Positions 1-11,469 are shown, numbered from the stretch's first letter. The stretch: DNA of 64,000 nt from an uncultured Acidobacteriota bacterium (GCA_963836075.1 CAWIIB010000009.1:1376001-1440000), one strand, 5' to 3'. Translations and numbers: made by a program. Notes: generated from the letters alone by a model not told the origin.

Positions 1-1473
1 ATGGCCGCTCCCGGCAGCACCGCGGCCCCGGCCGCCGACCCCGGGCTCAGTTGTTACCTCGAGTCGGTTTACGGCCAGGAGAATTACGGTTGGAGCCCGC
101 TCTACGGCATCCGCACCGGCCAGTCGAAATACATCCGTGCCCCGGAGCAGGAGTTTTACCGTCTGGACCTCGACCGGGACGAACTGGACAACCGTTTTTC
201 CGCCGAGCCGGACGCAGCCGGCGAGCTGGTTGATTCTTTCGAGACGCTGGCTGAACAGCTGACGGGCGGGGAGACCCTGGCCGACCAGGACTGGAAGCCT
301 GCTGAGGGAGTGAAGTCGCAACTGGAGATGCTCGGCTATCTCTGGGTGCAACCGCCGAGCAGAGGGGGGGCGGCTGAAAGTGGCGCGGGTGTCGATCCCA
401 AGATCATGATCAAGTGGGACGCCCGGCGAGAGGAAGGTCTGAAACTGATACGGCAGGGCAATTGGGACGAGGGGTTGAGCGTCCTGCGGGAGGTGGCCGC
501 GGGTGATCCTGACAATCCGATGGTCTGGGAGAACATCGCCGAAGGAGAGATGGCCCGCCGCAACCAGGCCGCGGCGCTGGCCGCTGCCGAACGCGGTCTG
601 ACTCTTCGTCCCCGAAACCCGAACCTCAACATCTTCAAGGGAACCCTGTTGATCCAGCTGGGCCGGGCAGAGGAAGCGATTCTCCATCTCAGTGAACAGC
701 TGGATAGCCATCCGGACAAGGCCTCGATCCACTACCATCTCGGCGATGCGCTCTCCCTTGCCGGCCGGCGGGAGGAGGCGCTGGCCCAGTACAACGAGGC
801 GGAGAAACTGGGCATGCGCAACCCCATGGTACCCTTTCAGCGGGGGATGGCCCTGTTCCAGGCCGGGCGGTACGGGGAAGCGGTGGAGGCGTTTCGCGAG
901 GTGGTGCAGCTAAAGCCCGACTTCGCCGAGGCCTGGCTCAACATCGGGGTAAACAGTTTTCGCCTGAAGCGATACGAGGAGGCCAACGAGGCCTATGCCC
1001 GGGCCATCGAGCTGGACCCGGACAACGCCATGTTCCGGTCCACCTATGGCTATTTCCTCACGCAAACCCGCCAGACCGCCGAGGCGCTGCGGCAGCTGGA
1101 GCGGGCCCTGGAACTCGACCCTGATTCTGTGTGGGCGCACACCAACATGGCCTGGTTCTACTGTATGGGCGACAGCCAGGTGGCTGACCCGGACCGGGCC
1201 CTCTACCACTCGCAAAAGGCGGTGGAGCTCTCCGGCCCCACCCCGCCGGAGAACATCCTCAACACCCGTGCCGAAGCTCTGAGCCTCGCCGGGGAATATG
1301 AGGAGGCCCTGGCGCTGAACTCCCGGCTGCAGGCGACCCACCCGGACAACCCGTACTACGTCACGCAGCGCAAGCGTTTCGATAGTAACTGGTTCCTCGA
1401 TCAGCAGCGCCGGAAGGCGGCGGACCAGCAGGCGGCCGAGAAAAAGGCCGGGGCGGAAGTCAAAGCGCCGTAG
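1..1473 (+). CDS. Sulfatase-family C-terminal region fused to multiple TPR repeats (5' truncated by window edge)
   Basis: YGWSPLYGIRT..KYIRAP..E.Y.L..D..E and LEMLGYL resemble sulfatase C-termini; followed by TPR-like repeats (AEAWLNIG, YARAIELDPDN). Confidence 0.75.
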   Translation: MAAPGSTAAPAADPGLSCYLESVYGQENYGWSPLYGIRTGQSKYIRAPEQEFYRLDLDRDELDNRFSAEPDAAGELVDSFETLAEQLTGGETLADQDWKPAEGVKSQLEMLGYLWVQPPSRGGAAESGAGVDPKIMIKWDARREEGLKLIRQGNWDEGLSVLREVAAGDPDNPMVWENIAEGEMARRNQAAALAAAERGLTLRPRNPNLNIFKGTLLIQLGRAEEAILHLSEQLDSHPDKASIHYHLGDALSLAGRREEALAQYNEAEKLGMRNPMVPFQRGMALFQAGRYGEAVEAFREVVQLKPDFAEAWLNIGVNSFRLKRYEEANEAYARAIELDPDNAMFRSTYGYFLTQTRQTAEALRQLERALELDPDSVWAHTNMAWFYCMGDSQVADPDRALYHSQKAVELSGPTPPENILNTRAEALSLAGEYEEALALNSRLQATHPDNPYYVTQRKRFDSNWFLDQQRRKAADQQAAEKKAGAEVKAP

Positions 1474-1485
1474 GGCGTATCCTGC

Positions 1486-4400
1486 CTACCGGCCCAGCAG
1501 TGCGGAGAAGAGATCGGTGACCGGGGTTGCGGGGAGCCGTCCCGGCTCCGTGCCGCCGGCGGACTCGATCAACCGCTGGATTTCCGTTCCGTCGCGGCAG
1601 GAGGGGCAGCCGCTGACCAGCCGGTCCACCGGCTGGTGTTTCACCGAGCGCATCAGTTCGGCCGCCACCTCGGTGCCGATGCGGGGGTGGAACAGGCGCG
1701 CCGAGCCGGAGAGCCCGCAGCAGTCGGTGAAGCTGGCCGTCTCGCCGTAGGCCATGGCCAGGAGCGCCTGCTGGGCCGCGGTGGCTTCGGCGCTGTTGTG
1801 GCAGGGCACCTTGAGCCCGGGCCGGCCCTGGCTTCTCAGGTCGGGCAACCGGGCGGGTCCACCGATCAACGCCTCGGCGGCCGGTTCGGCGGCATCCCGC
1901 ACCCGTATCACCCCCGTGGCGCCTCCCGCCTCTTCCAGCAGACCGGCCACCGGCTCCCACTGCCGTAGTTCCTGGACCATGCCGGCCACCAGTTCCCGGT
2001 AGCTCTCGTCCCGGTCGTGCCGCTGTGCCGATTCACGGATCTCCTCCTGGCAGGTGGGGCAGTTGGAAAAGACGGTCAGCGGCAGGGCCGCACCGCGCCC
2101 TCGCAAACGGGCCGCGGCCACCAGCAGTTCGGCCATGGTCCGGCTGCTCACCCGGGCTTCGGTCTCCAGATCCATCCCCGCCCGCCAGGGGAACCCGCAG
2201 CAGAGGTCGGCCTCCAGGTCGGCGAAGGAGATTCCGGCCATCCCGGCCAGAACCCGGTCGGCGGCGAGGCTGGCCCCGCCCCGGGCCAGGGAATCCATAC
2301 AGCCGCGAAAGCGGATCAGGGCGGGGGCGGGCTGGGCTGCTCCCGCGGGCCCCAGCACCAGGAAATTGTCGTCGGGGTGGACCCGCGTCCCCCGGGCCTC
2401 CGGGCGGTAACGGTGGAGGTGGAAGGGGGGCAGCGAGATGTATGTCTTGAGCCAGGCGGGCAGCGGGGCGGAACGGAGCAGCGCGCTCAGCGGCCGGCCC
2501 GCCTGCTGCAGCAGCGCTGCCGCGGTATAGAGCGTTCCCCGCAGGGGGTGGCGCTGCAGCATCAGGTCGTAGAGCAGGCCGGCGGCCAGGTTTTTCCCCG
2601 GCTGCAGGCCGGCCCCGGCCAGGCCGCGCCAGGCGTCCACCAGCGGGTGGAGGTCGATATCCGCCGGACAGGCCTGGTCACAGCGCCGGCAGTAGAAGCA
2701 CTTGGCCAGCCGCGGGCCGGTCTGCTGCAGCGGGGCGGCCAGCTCGTGGGGCAGCCCGTCCAATGAACTGAAATCGGCGCCGCCGCTGATGCCGAGAAAG
2801 CAAAGCTTCTCCAGGGCCAGCAGCAGGTCGCGTTTGGCCGGCAGCAGGCCCCGGCGGAAGCTGGCCGGGGAGAGGCCCCGGCCGCCCGCTTCCACCGCCC
2901 GGCGGCGCAGCCGGGCCTCGGCGTCGATCACCGGGCAGACCTTGCAGGCGTTGCAGCGGGTACAGTTGCGGGCCTCGCCCAGGGCGTGGGCCGCCGGCGA
3001 GCCTTCCGGCGCCCGGCCGGTTACCAGCCGGTGGGAGTGGGCCAGCAACCGCGCGTGCACCTGGCGGGAGATCCGCGAACGGAGAAAGATCGTCATCGGG
3101 TTGAACAGCCCCGAGGGATCGATGGCGTCCTTGACTGCGGCAATGCGCTGGAACTCCTCTTCCGAGATGTGGCCGAGGAAGAGCAGTGGCGCCTTGCCCG
3201 CCAGGCCGTGCTCGCCGGTAAAGGCGGCCCGCGGCTCCCCCTGCTCATCGGGTGAACAGAGCTCGGCCATTTTGCCGGTGAGCAGGCCCCAGGCGGCCGC
3301 CGCCTGGGCCTCGTCGTAGATGTCGAACCCGCCCACGTTCCAGTGCAGGATTGCTGAATCGGGCGGGTCGAGGTGGGCAAAGAAAATCGAGGAGAGTTGC
3401 GGGGCCGTGCGGTCGAAGCCGGTAAGCAGGGCGGCTGCTGTTTCCAGCTGGTCCAGACGCACCTCCGGGTCGGTCTTGCACTTGGTGCGCAACAGGGTGG
3501 GCAGTGTCTCCCGGGGCGCCTTGAGCGCTTCGGCCTCGGGGCAGCGCTCCCCGGCCATGCCGCAGGGGCGAGATGGAGACCCGGGCCGCGCCTGGCTGCG
3601 CCAGGGCGTTCAGCCGGTCCGCCTGCCGGTTCACGTCCTGCCCGGTTTCTCCCTCAATGTCGAGAACCACGTAGGCCTCGTCGCCAGGCCGCAGCCGGTC
3701 CGGGAAGCGGTCCAGCAGGTAGTCCTCGATGGCCTGGCGGGTGACGATTTCAAAGAACGGCGGCTGCTCGGCCGGCGGCTGCGATTTCACCGCGCGGACA
3801 AAGGCCAGGGCTTCCCCGGCCGAGGCGAAGATCAGCGCAGCGGTGCGTGCCCGTGCCGGCTGCCGCTCCAGCAGCAGGGTCAGTTCGCTGATCAGGCCGG
3901 TGCAGCCCTCGGCGCCGACGAAAAGACTCAGCGGCAGGGAGGGCCTGCCCGCACCCCGGCCGCTGCCGGCGGCCCGCCGCAGGACGTCCAGGTCATCCGG
4001 ACCCAGACCCCAGAACTTGGTGGTGGCCATGAAGGGGGTGCGGGGCAGCAGCATCAGCTCCCGGTCGGTGGGGGCAAAGCGGAAGCAGGCCCCGCCGTGG
4101 ACCACCGCCCGCCCCTCCAGCACCACCTCCTGAATCCTTTTGCCCGCGTGGGAGCCGGTGCCGGCGATGCCCCCCACCGAGGCCCGGGGGGTGTTGGGCC
4201 GGCAGCGCAGCACCAGGCCCGCCCGCTCGGCGGCGGTCACCACATCCGGCCAGGCCGCCCCGGCGCCGGCGGTGATCTTTTGCAGTCCCGGACCGAACCG
4301 CTGCTCCTCCTCGGCCTCCAGGGGCCGCGGTTCACCGATGCGGTTGATCCCCTTCAACGAGACGGTGAGCGCTCCGGCCATGGGCACCACGCCCATGTTG

Positions 4401-4894
4401 TACCCGCCGCCCTCACCGTAGGGGATCAGCGGCAGACCCAGCCCGGTGGCCAGCTGGACCAGGTCGCACAGCTGCCGCTCGTCGTGAACCACGGCCAGCC
4501 CCTCGCTGGTCAGGCAGCGGTATTCCATGGAGTCGCTGGAATGTGCCTCCCGGTCGACCCAGTTGAGCGAGAAGGCGGCCCGGCCGAGGATCCGTTCGAA
4601 CTCCCTGCGGTGAAGGAGGAGGGTGCTGCGGACCGCAAGCAGCTGATCCACCCGCTGCTCGATGAAGCGGAGCAGTGCCGGCGGGGTGGATTCCTTCAGG
4701 CGGGGCAGGAGATCCTGGTCCCATTCCTCGCGGTCCACCAGGGTGGGGAGGAAGGTGAAGGCGCCGCTGTAGTCGCCGCCACTGCCCGCCATCGGGGGGG
4801 CGGCGCCCAGGGGATCGAAGAGCGTCTCCAGGCTGCGGAGCCGCTGGTCCGTCTGATCCGACACGATTGAGGCCCTTTCCGGGGACGTCACCAT
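1486..4894 (-). pseudogene. FAD-binding oxidoreductase fused to 4Fe-4S/CCG domains (GlcD/GlcF-like), split by one frameshift near 3565-3568
   Basis: N-half has LIPYGEGGG, ASVGG, GAEGCTG; C-half has TGEHG, DPSGLFNP, CxxCxxCxxCP, CFYCRRCDQACP and CCG motifs. Removing one G from GGGG at 3565-3568 joins the frames, so this may be an assembly error. Confidence 0.75.
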
Positions 4895-4915
4895 GACCTG
4901 ACACCCCTGGCGGGC

Positions 4916-4944
4916 ACTATATCGGTCGCTGAAAACGGGGTCAA
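4916..4944 (-). promoter_or_regulatory. Sigma70-like promoter for the FAD oxidoreductase
   Basis: TTGACC-17 nt-TATAGT on the minus strand just upstream of the ATG at 4894. Confidence 0.55.
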
Positions 4945-4973
4945 GAAAGGGGTCGGGTCGGGACGACGTCGGT

Positions 4974-5297
4974 TCAGGAGTCGTCCTCGAGCACCGCCGC
5001 GGTGCCGTAGGCCAGGATCTCGGCGGCGCTGGCCATCATCATCGAGGTGGAGAACTTGACACCGATCACCGCGTTGGCGCCCAGCGCTTCGGCCTCGGCG
5101 ATCATGCGGTCGATGGACTGCTCACGGCTTTCGGCCATCATCTTGGTGTATTCCGGCACCTCGCCGCCCACCATGTTGCGGAACCCGGCCAGGATGTCCT
5201 TGCCCACGTGGCGGCAGCGGATGCTGTTGCCCCGGGCCAGGCCCAGCAATTTGACGACTTTTTTGCCCGGAACAAAATCGGTGGTGACCACGATCAT
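4974..5297 (-). CDS. YbjQ/UPF0145 family protein
   Basis: GKDILAGFRNMVGGEV..YT..M..SRE..GANAVIG..AYGTAAV family signature. Confidence 0.9.
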   Translation of the reverse strand: MIVVTTDFVPGKKVVKLLGLARGNSIRCRHVGKDILAGFRNMVGGEVPEYTKMMAESREQSIDRMIAEAEALGANAVIGVKFSTSMMMASAAEILAYGTAAVLEDDS

Positions 5298-5764
5298 CGA
5301 ATGACCCTCCTGTACTTGTCCTTGCCGTAGGACTTGAACCGGTCCACCAGTACCGAGACGAAAAGGAGCCCCAGGCCGGAACAGAGGCCGAAGACCATCA
5401 GTTTCACCAGCAGGTCCTCACTGGAGGTGAGGAACTGCCAGGCGCCGAAGGCCAGCAGGCAGGCGGACCAGATGATCACCATCAGCCAGCCCAGCCCGCG
5501 GGCGCCGCTGCTGAAAATGCCCTGCGCGTGCTCGTCCCACTCCTTCCTGGTCGGTTCCGCGAATTTCATGTCCATGGTCGCCTCCCTCAGACGCTTCAGT
5601 TCGCCCAGCTCCCGGCGCAGCTGCTCGCTGGCCTCGATGCGGAGTTCCACGAACTGCGCTTCGGCCTGGGTCAGCTCGCCGTCCAGATACCCGGAGAGCA
5701 GCCCTTCGTCGTGGAGCCGGCGGTGGTCCTGTGCTGTTCCGTCGGTCTTGTCCCTGCCGGTCAT
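5294..5764 (-). CDS. Membrane-anchored anti-sigma factor
   Basis: LLSGYLDGEL N-terminal anti-sigma-like motif, two TM helices, directly downstream of an ECF sigma. Confidence 0.75.
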   Translation of the reverse strand: MTGRDKTDGTAQDHRRLHDEGLLSGYLDGELTQAEAQFVELRIEASEQLRRELGELKRLREATMDMKFAEPTRKEWDEHAQGIFSSGARGLGWLMVIIWSACLLAFGAWQFLTSSEDLLVKLMVFGLCSGLGLLFVSVLVDRFKSYGKDKYRRVIR

Positions 5765-5767
5765 GCG

Positions 5768-6373
5768 CTATAACTCCTCGTCCTCTCTGGTCAGCTCTTC
5801 ACAGAGCCGGCGCCGGGCCTGGTGCAGCCGGGACATCACCGTCCCCTTGGGGATCTCGAGGGCCTCGGCCATCTCGATGTAGGAGAGGTCCTGGAAATCC
5901 CGCAGCACGAGGATGGTCCGGTGCTTTTCGTCCAGCCGGCCCATGGCGCGCCAGATTTTCGCCTTCAACTCGTTCTGCTCCACCAGCACATCCGCCGCGG
6001 GTGTGCGCTCGTCGCCCACGGTTTCGTGCAGCGGCCGGCCCGCATCGCCGTCCGGGCCCCGGCCCGGGTCGTCCAGTGAAACGGCCCGCCGTACGCGCCG
6101 CCGCCGCAGGAGATCGATGCACAGGTTGCGCACGATCCGCAGCAGCCAGGCCCCGAAGGGGCGGCCGGTATCGAACCGGCCGAGGTTGCGGTAGGCCCTG
6201 ATGAACGATTCCTGGGAAATGTCCAAAGCGTCCTCCCGGTTGCCCACGATCTGCAGGGCGAAGAAGAATGTCTGCTGCCGGTATTTTTCCACCAGCGGTC
6301 TGAACATTTCCTTGTTCCCTTTCCGGCAGGCTTCGATGGCCGAATCGCTCATCGAAGTCATCGGAAGTGGCAA
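5768..6373 (-). CDS. ECF RNA polymerase sigma factor
   Basis: Region 2 DISQESFIRAY / WLLRIVRNLCID and region 4 LSYIEMAEALEIPKGTVMSRLHQAR. Confidence 0.95.
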   Translation of the reverse strand: MPLPMTSMSDSAIEACRKGNKEMFRPLVEKYRQQTFFFALQIVGNREDALDISQESFIRAYRNLGRFDTGRPFGAWLLRIVRNLCIDLLRRRRVRRAVSLDDPGRGPDGDAGRPLHETVGDERTPAADVLVEQNELKAKIWRAMGRLDEKHRTILVLRDFQDLSYIEMAEALEIPKGTVMSRLHQARRRLCEELTREDEEL

Positions 6374-6602
6374 CCGTTCCGTTCATCGTTACCCCGATCC
6401 TCTCCACGTTTACGGGAGTCAGGCAAATTTATTCGATCGATTTCGGGAGGCAATCCGAAATATTCCCCAAGTTGTAGCAGAAAGCCGGTCAATTGCGCAA
6501 TCAGCGGCGGCCTTGCATCGGGGCACGCCTTTTTGCTACCGTCCCTTTTTCTGGATACGCAGCGCACCCGGCAGGGTTCGCTGCAGGGAGCGTGGTGCGG
6601 GC

Positions 6603-7415
6603 ATGAAACAGACCGTCGAAATGGGAATGTTCGTCAGGGAGCTGGGGCCGGCCCAGGCGCCCCTGACCCTGCTCTACCTGCACGGCCTGGGCGAATCGGG
6701 GCTCTGTTTCGAACGGGTCGTCGTCCACCCCGAGCTCTCGGGCTTCCGCCAGCTGGTTCCGGACCTCCCGGGATACGGACGCAGCGCCTGGTCCGCTGAG
6801 CCCCTGCCGCTGGTGGAGCAGGCCGACCTGCTGGCCCGCTGGCTCTCCTCCCGCGGCGAGGGCCCGGTGGTGCTGCTGGGCCACTCCATGGGCGGAGTGC
6901 TGGGCACGCTCTTTTGCGAGCGTCATCCTGCGGCGGTGCGGGCCTTTGTCAACGTGGAGGGGAATCTCAGCCCCGAGGACTGCGTCTTCAGCGGTCAGGC
7001 GGTGCGGATGGACGAGGAGCGCTTCGTCCACGGCGGGTTTTCGAAGATGCGCGAGCTGATCTACGCCCAGGGGGCCGGCCTGCCGGCCCACCGGGGCTAC
7101 TACGCCAGTCTGCGGCTCTGTGACCCGCGGCTCTTTCACCTGAACAGCCGCGAACTGGTGGCGACTTCGGCAGGGGAGGAGATGGCCGGTCGGCTGGCCC
7201 GTCTGACAGTGCCGGCCTGGTATATTGCCGGCATGCCGGATGGTGTCTGCGCCCGCTCACACCAGAACCTGGCGCGGGCGGGGATCGACCCCATCGTGCT
7301 CCAGCCCTCCGGCCACTGGCCCTTCATCGATCAGCGGGACCGTTTTGCCGCGGAGCTGGCAGGCATTCTCGATCAGCTGACCATCAGCCGACGACAGTCA
7401 CTTGCCCACCAGTAA
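6603..7415 (+). CDS. Alpha/beta hydrolase
   Basis: YLHGLG, PDLPGYGRS, GHSMGG nucleophile elbow, SGHWP; start set to the ATG at 6603. Confidence 0.9.
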   Translation: MKQTVEMGMFVRELGPAQAPLTLLYLHGLGESGLCFERVVVHPELSGFRQLVPDLPGYGRSAWSAEPLPLVEQADLLARWLSSRGEGPVVLLGHSMGGVLGTLFCERHPAAVRAFVNVEGNLSPEDCVFSGQAVRMDEERFVHGGFSKMRELIYAQGAGLPAHRGYYASLRLCDPRLFHLNSRELVATSAGEEMAGRLARLTVPAWYIAGMPDGVCARSHQNLARAGIDPIVLQPSGHWPFIDQRDRFAAELAGILDQLTISRRQSLAHQ

Positions 7416-8897
7416 CTGCATACCCTTCCTGACACTCATGCCGATTCCCATTTCCTGGATCTTTTTCAGGGTCCCCACGGAAATGAAGTCCTTTATTCTG
7501 TACCGCCAGATCAGCCGGTCCACCGACTTCTCCAGTTCGGAGACCAACTCCCGGAACCGCTGCGGCGCGATGTTCCGACAGAACTGGTTGGCCGGGCTCT
7601 GGTGATTGTAGAGGGACACGTCGTAGTCCTCGTCGATCAGCCCGTACTCCTTGCACATTTCGAAGGCCTCGGTGCCCGGGTACGGTGTGAATATGCTGTA
7701 GATGACCATGTTGCACCTGACTTTTTTAATGGCGGCCATGGTGTCGCGCAGTGTTTCCTCCGTTTCCTGGGGAAAGCCGACGATGAAGAACACCTGCAGG
7801 TCTATCTTCTGTTTCCTGATCAGCCGGCAGACCTGGAGGGCCTGCTCGATGGTTATCCTCTTCCTCATCGCCTTGAGGATCTCGTTGTTGCCGGACTCGA
7901 TCCCCACCCGGACCGAATAACAACCGGCAGCCTTCATCAGGGAAAGGTTCTGCTCGTCCACCAGCCTGGGGTGAATCTCGCAACTCCATTTCAATCCCGG
8001 GCAATGGGAGATGAGGGCCGTGCACAGCTCGGTCAGGTACTTCCTGTTCACGCCAAAAGTGTCATCATCAAAGTGAATGAACTTCAGCCCGGTTTTTTGA
8101 AGCTCCTGGATTTGCCGTACCACATTCTCCGGAGAGCGGAACCGGACTTTCCGGCTCCAGATGTTCCGGGACCCGCAGAACACGCAATTGTAGGGGCATC
8201 CCCTGGTGGCGAAGATGGTTTTGAATGCGGTCACCGGGTACTGGTGGTAGTCTTTCAGAACGTCCGGGGCATGCTGGTGAGGGAAGCTGAGGGAATCAAG
8301 GTCTTCGATATAGTCCCGCGGAGGGGTTTCAACGATTTCACCGTCTTTTCTGAAGACGATGCCCCGGATGCGCTCTGGAGACGCCCCCCTGTCGATGGAC
8401 CCGACGATTTCCGTAAGTGTCGTCTCGCCTTCACCCCTGACGCAGATATCGACTTCCTGGTGCCGCAGAATATCCGCCCCCATGGTCGTGGGGTGAGGGC
8501 CGCCCATGATGACCACCGTGGAAGGGTTGATTTCCCTGGCCAGGCCGGCCACTCGGAGCGCCGAGGTGAAGTTCTGGGATTTGGCTGATATCCCCACCAC
8601 CGTGGGATTGTACTCGGCTATGGTCTGTTTGATCTCACTCCACAGTGGCGCCGACGGGTCATTGAGAGTGCGCAGGTAGTTCTCGAAGCCTTCCCCTGAC
8701 AGGTGACTGATCTTGATGGTTTCATTCTGCGGCCTGAAATCGGCGTTGTACACCAGGACGTCCCAGGTGGTTTTTTGCTTCAGCTCACCGGCCAGGTATC
8801 CCAGGGAGAGCGGGTACTTGTCCAGCGCGTAGCTGTCCTTGAACAGTCTGTAGAAGGGGGGTTCCACGAGGAGAATACGCCGCTGGTCCTGGCTCAT
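7398..8897 (-). CDS. B12-binding radical SAM protein
   Basis: GGPHPT, GEGE, TRGCPYNCVFC, GIESGN, FFIVGFP, TPYPGT. Confidence 0.92.
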   Translation of the reverse strand: MSQDQRRILLVEPPFYRLFKDSYALDKYPLSLGYLAGELKQKTTWDVLVYNADFRPQNETIKISHLSGEGFENYLRTLNDPSAPLWSEIKQTIAEYNPTVVGISAKSQNFTSALRVAGLAREINPSTVVIMGGPHPTTMGADILRHQEVDICVRGEGETTLTEIVGSIDRGASPERIRGIVFRKDGEIVETPPRDYIEDLDSLSFPHQHAPDVLKDYHQYPVTAFKTIFATRGCPYNCVFCGSRNIWSRKVRFRSPENVVRQIQELQKTGLKFIHFDDDTFGVNRKYLTELCTALISHCPGLKWSCEIHPRLVDEQNLSLMKAAGCYSVRVGIESGNNEILKAMRKRITIEQALQVCRLIRKQKIDLQVFFIVGFPQETEETLRDTMAAIKKVRCNMVIYSIFTPYPGTEAFEMCKEYGLIDEDYDVSLYNHQSPANQFCRNIAPQRFRELVSELEKSVDRLIWRYRIKDFISVGTLKKIQEMGIGMSVRKGMQLLVGK

Positions 8898-9093
8898 CGC
8901 CCTCCTCCGCTATCTTCAGGCCGGGCCGGTTGCTGATGTGTGTTGTTCTCTGAAATCGAAACCGTCTGACTAAAACATAAGTACGGATTAACTAATTGTC
9001 AAGTAAGAAATTTGAATTAAACAACGATGTCCGGAGGGAAGTTGTATATACTTCTGTTGACCGCGGACTTGCGCGGGTGATGAAAGGAAATCG

Positions 9094-10740
9094 ATGACAC
9101 GCTGTTCTCCTCTTTGCACGCCCACCGTTATTTTGCTGGTGGCGCTCTGTCTTCCGGCCACGCTTTTTTGCCGGCCGGTCTCGGCCAGTGACTGGCCCTA
9201 CCCGCGGCACGGGCCCACCAACCGGGCGGCGGCCTCGGTGGCCGCCCATTTCGGAGCGGCCCCCCGGATGCGCTGGTCATACGACCTCCAGTACCCCGAC
9301 GCCGGCACCTACCCGGTGGCCGCCGACCTGAACCGTGACGGCCGTCTGGAACTGGTCGTCGGTGATGCCAGCGGAATGGTCTACTGCCTCGATGCGGAGC
9401 TGGGCACCCTGCGCTGGAACCGGCAGCTGCCCGTCTTCTTCAAGTGGGGCTCCCCGGTGCTGGTGGACCTGGACAACGACGGCGACCTGGACATCGTGGT
9501 GGGCGCCAGGGATCTCATCGCTCTCGACGGCCCCACCGGTGCACCGCTCTGGACCGCGCTCCCCGGGGTGGACATCCTCGGTATGTCGGCCGCCGACCTG
9601 TTCGGCGACGGCACCATGGAGATCTTCTGCACCGACTATCAGAACCCGCGCAACGGCTACCTGGTGCGCGGCGAGGACGGCAAGATCCTCTGGAGCGTGG
9701 TGACCAACGGGTCGAACTACAATCTTCCCGCCTTTGCCGACCTGGACGGTGACGGACAGCAGGAGATCCTCTTCACCCGGCACGACTCCGGCGTTACCGA
9801 GCGGGTGGTCTGCCTGCGGGCTGCCAACGGGTCGGAAGTCTGGAGTCACCAGTGCGGGCCCTCGGCCGCCCAGCAGGCCCAGGCTCCGCCCCAGCTCGGC
9901 TATATCGCCGACTATGGCTACCAGTCGGTGGTGGTGGCCGACTTTGACGGGGACGGCCAGCCCGAGGTTTCCAGCGGCACCGACCTCAACCACTACCTTT
10001 TCGAGGCCGATGGCTCGCTGGTCTGGAAGGTGCCCCAGGGCATTCTGGGTACCGGGTTCACCCGGCGCCGCGAAACCAGCGGCGACTACACCTTCCGCGA
10101 CCACCACTACCAGATCTACGACCAGGCGGCGGGTGATCTTGACGGCAACGGCACCGTGGACATGGCCTACGGCCTGGTCTCCGACTACGTCACCGACTAC
10201 GATCTGGCCACCGGCGAAACCACGGTACAGTTCCTGGCCTACCGCAACGATGCCCGGGCCCTCCGGGCCGATGGTTCCCTGCTCTGGAACTATCACTCGT
10301 ACGCCGACGGGGCCGGTGTGGGACGGTGCCGTGATCCCATCGTGGCCGACCTCGACGGTCAGGGCGCCCTGGACGTGATATACGGCTCCGAGGACGGGCA
10401 CCTCTATGCCGTGGAGGGGAAATCCGGGCAACTGCTCTGGCGCCTCTACGTTGGTTATTTCGGGCAGAGCCGGGGCAAGATCCTGGTGGACACCAACGCA
10501 GACGGTTCAGGAGAACTGATCGTGGTGGCCGGAAGTCGGGTCATCAAGTATGGCGGTCCGCTGGTGGGGGACGTGGACGGTTCCGGCCGGGTGGACGGTC
10601 TGGATCTGCAGCAACTCTCCTGGAGTTTTGGCAGCGTCGAGGGCGGTGAGCGCTTCCGGGGGGCGGCCGACCTGGACCGCAACGGGGTGGTGGACGGTGG
10701 CGATCTGGTGGTTCTGGCAGCCAGCTTTGGAAATTCCTGA
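9094..10740 (+). CDS. Secreted FG-GAP/PQQ-like beta-propeller protein with C-terminal dockerin-like EF-hand pair
   Basis: Signal peptide; repeated ADLDGDG..E motifs; C-terminal GDVDGSGRVDGLDL..FG..ADLDRNGVVDGGDL..LA..FG. Confidence 0.85.
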   Translation: MTRCSPLCTPTVILLVALCLPATLFCRPVSASDWPYPRHGPTNRAAASVAAHFGAAPRMRWSYDLQYPDAGTYPVAADLNRDGRLELVVGDASGMVYCLDAELGTLRWNRQLPVFFKWGSPVLVDLDNDGDLDIVVGARDLIALDGPTGAPLWTALPGVDILGMSAADLFGDGTMEIFCTDYQNPRNGYLVRGEDGKILWSVVTNGSNYNLPAFADLDGDGQQEILFTRHDSGVTERVVCLRAANGSEVWSHQCGPSAAQQAQAPPQLGYIADYGYQSVVVADFDGDGQPEVSSGTDLNHYLFEADGSLVWKVPQGILGTGFTRRRETSGDYTFRDHHYQIYDQAAGDLDGNGTVDMAYGLVSDYVTDYDLATGETTVQFLAYRNDARALRADGSLLWNYHSYADGAGVGRCRDPIVADLDGQGALDVIYGSEDGHLYAVEGKSGQLLWRLYVGYFGQSRGKILVDTNADGSGELIVVAGSRVIKYGGPLVGDVDGSGRVDGLDLQQLSWSFGSVEGGERFRGAADLDRNGVVDGGDLVVLAASFGNS

Positions 10741-10797
10741 TCGATCACACCGGTAAACAATAGAAAACAAAACGGATATCCATTCGACAGATAATGG

Positions 10798-10826
10798 TTG
10801 ACAAGAATAGTATATCTTTGTACTAT
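10798..10826 (+). promoter_or_regulatory. Near-consensus sigma70 promoter
   Basis: TTGACA-17 nt-TACTAT in an AT-rich intergenic region upstream of 10970. Confidence 0.7.
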
Positions 10827-10969
10827 TAGCGATTCCCTTTATGTTTTTGTAAAGGGGCAATAGATCCATTTTGATGGATTACAACGCAACCGTTTGACTG
10901 AACAGACTCGCGGCACTGCCGTCCTGCCGGACATCGGCGGCGGCGGTTTGCGGCGTGGGAGGAGAAGAG

Positions 10970-11371
10970 ATGAGACTGAGCAAGCTGAAGGTTTTGTTTA
11001 TGGTGTGTCTGGTGGCGATCTTCGCCGTGACCCTTGCCTGGGCCGGTTCCAGCAAGCAGATCACCGCCGAAGTGCCTCACGATTTCGTGATCGGCGAGAC
11101 CGCGATGCCGGCCGGGAAGTACTTTATCGAAAATGAGGGCACCTACCCCCCGATGATCACCTGCCGCAACGCCAAGGGTGAAGGTTCCTCGATTCTGCAC
11201 GTGATCACCACCCTGGCCCGGGACGGGATGGCGGACCAGGAAGCCAAGCTGGTTTTCGACAAGACCGGCGACGCGTATGAGCTTTCGGAGATCTGGTTCG
11301 CCGGTCAGGACGGTTTCCTGGTCTGCGGTACCGTTGCCGCTCACACCCACGATGTGGTGACCGCGAAATAA
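10970..11371 (+). CDS. Small secreted hypothetical protein
   Basis: GGAGGAG RBS, signal peptide, beta-rich VPHDFVIGE..MPAGKY..KLVFDK..YELSEIW pattern. Confidence 0.75.
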   Translation: MRLSKLKVLFMVCLVAIFAVTLAWAGSSKQITAEVPHDFVIGETAMPAGKYFIENEGTYPPMITCRNAKGEGSSILHVITTLARDGMADQEAKLVFDKTGDAYELSEIWFAGQDGFLVCGTVAAHTHDVVTAK

Positions 11372-11393
11372 CGGACCACCAGAGGACGTACAG

Positions 11394-11439
11394 AAAAACC
11401 GGGCGGGAACCTCAGGATGAGGACCGCCCGGTTTTTTTT
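11394..11439. terminator. Bidirectional intrinsic terminator
   Basis: AAAAACCGGGCGG..CCGCCCGGTTTTTTTT between convergent genes. Confidence 0.85.
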
Positions 11440-11469
11440 GATCCCACAGAGTGTGGATCTCGTTCCCGG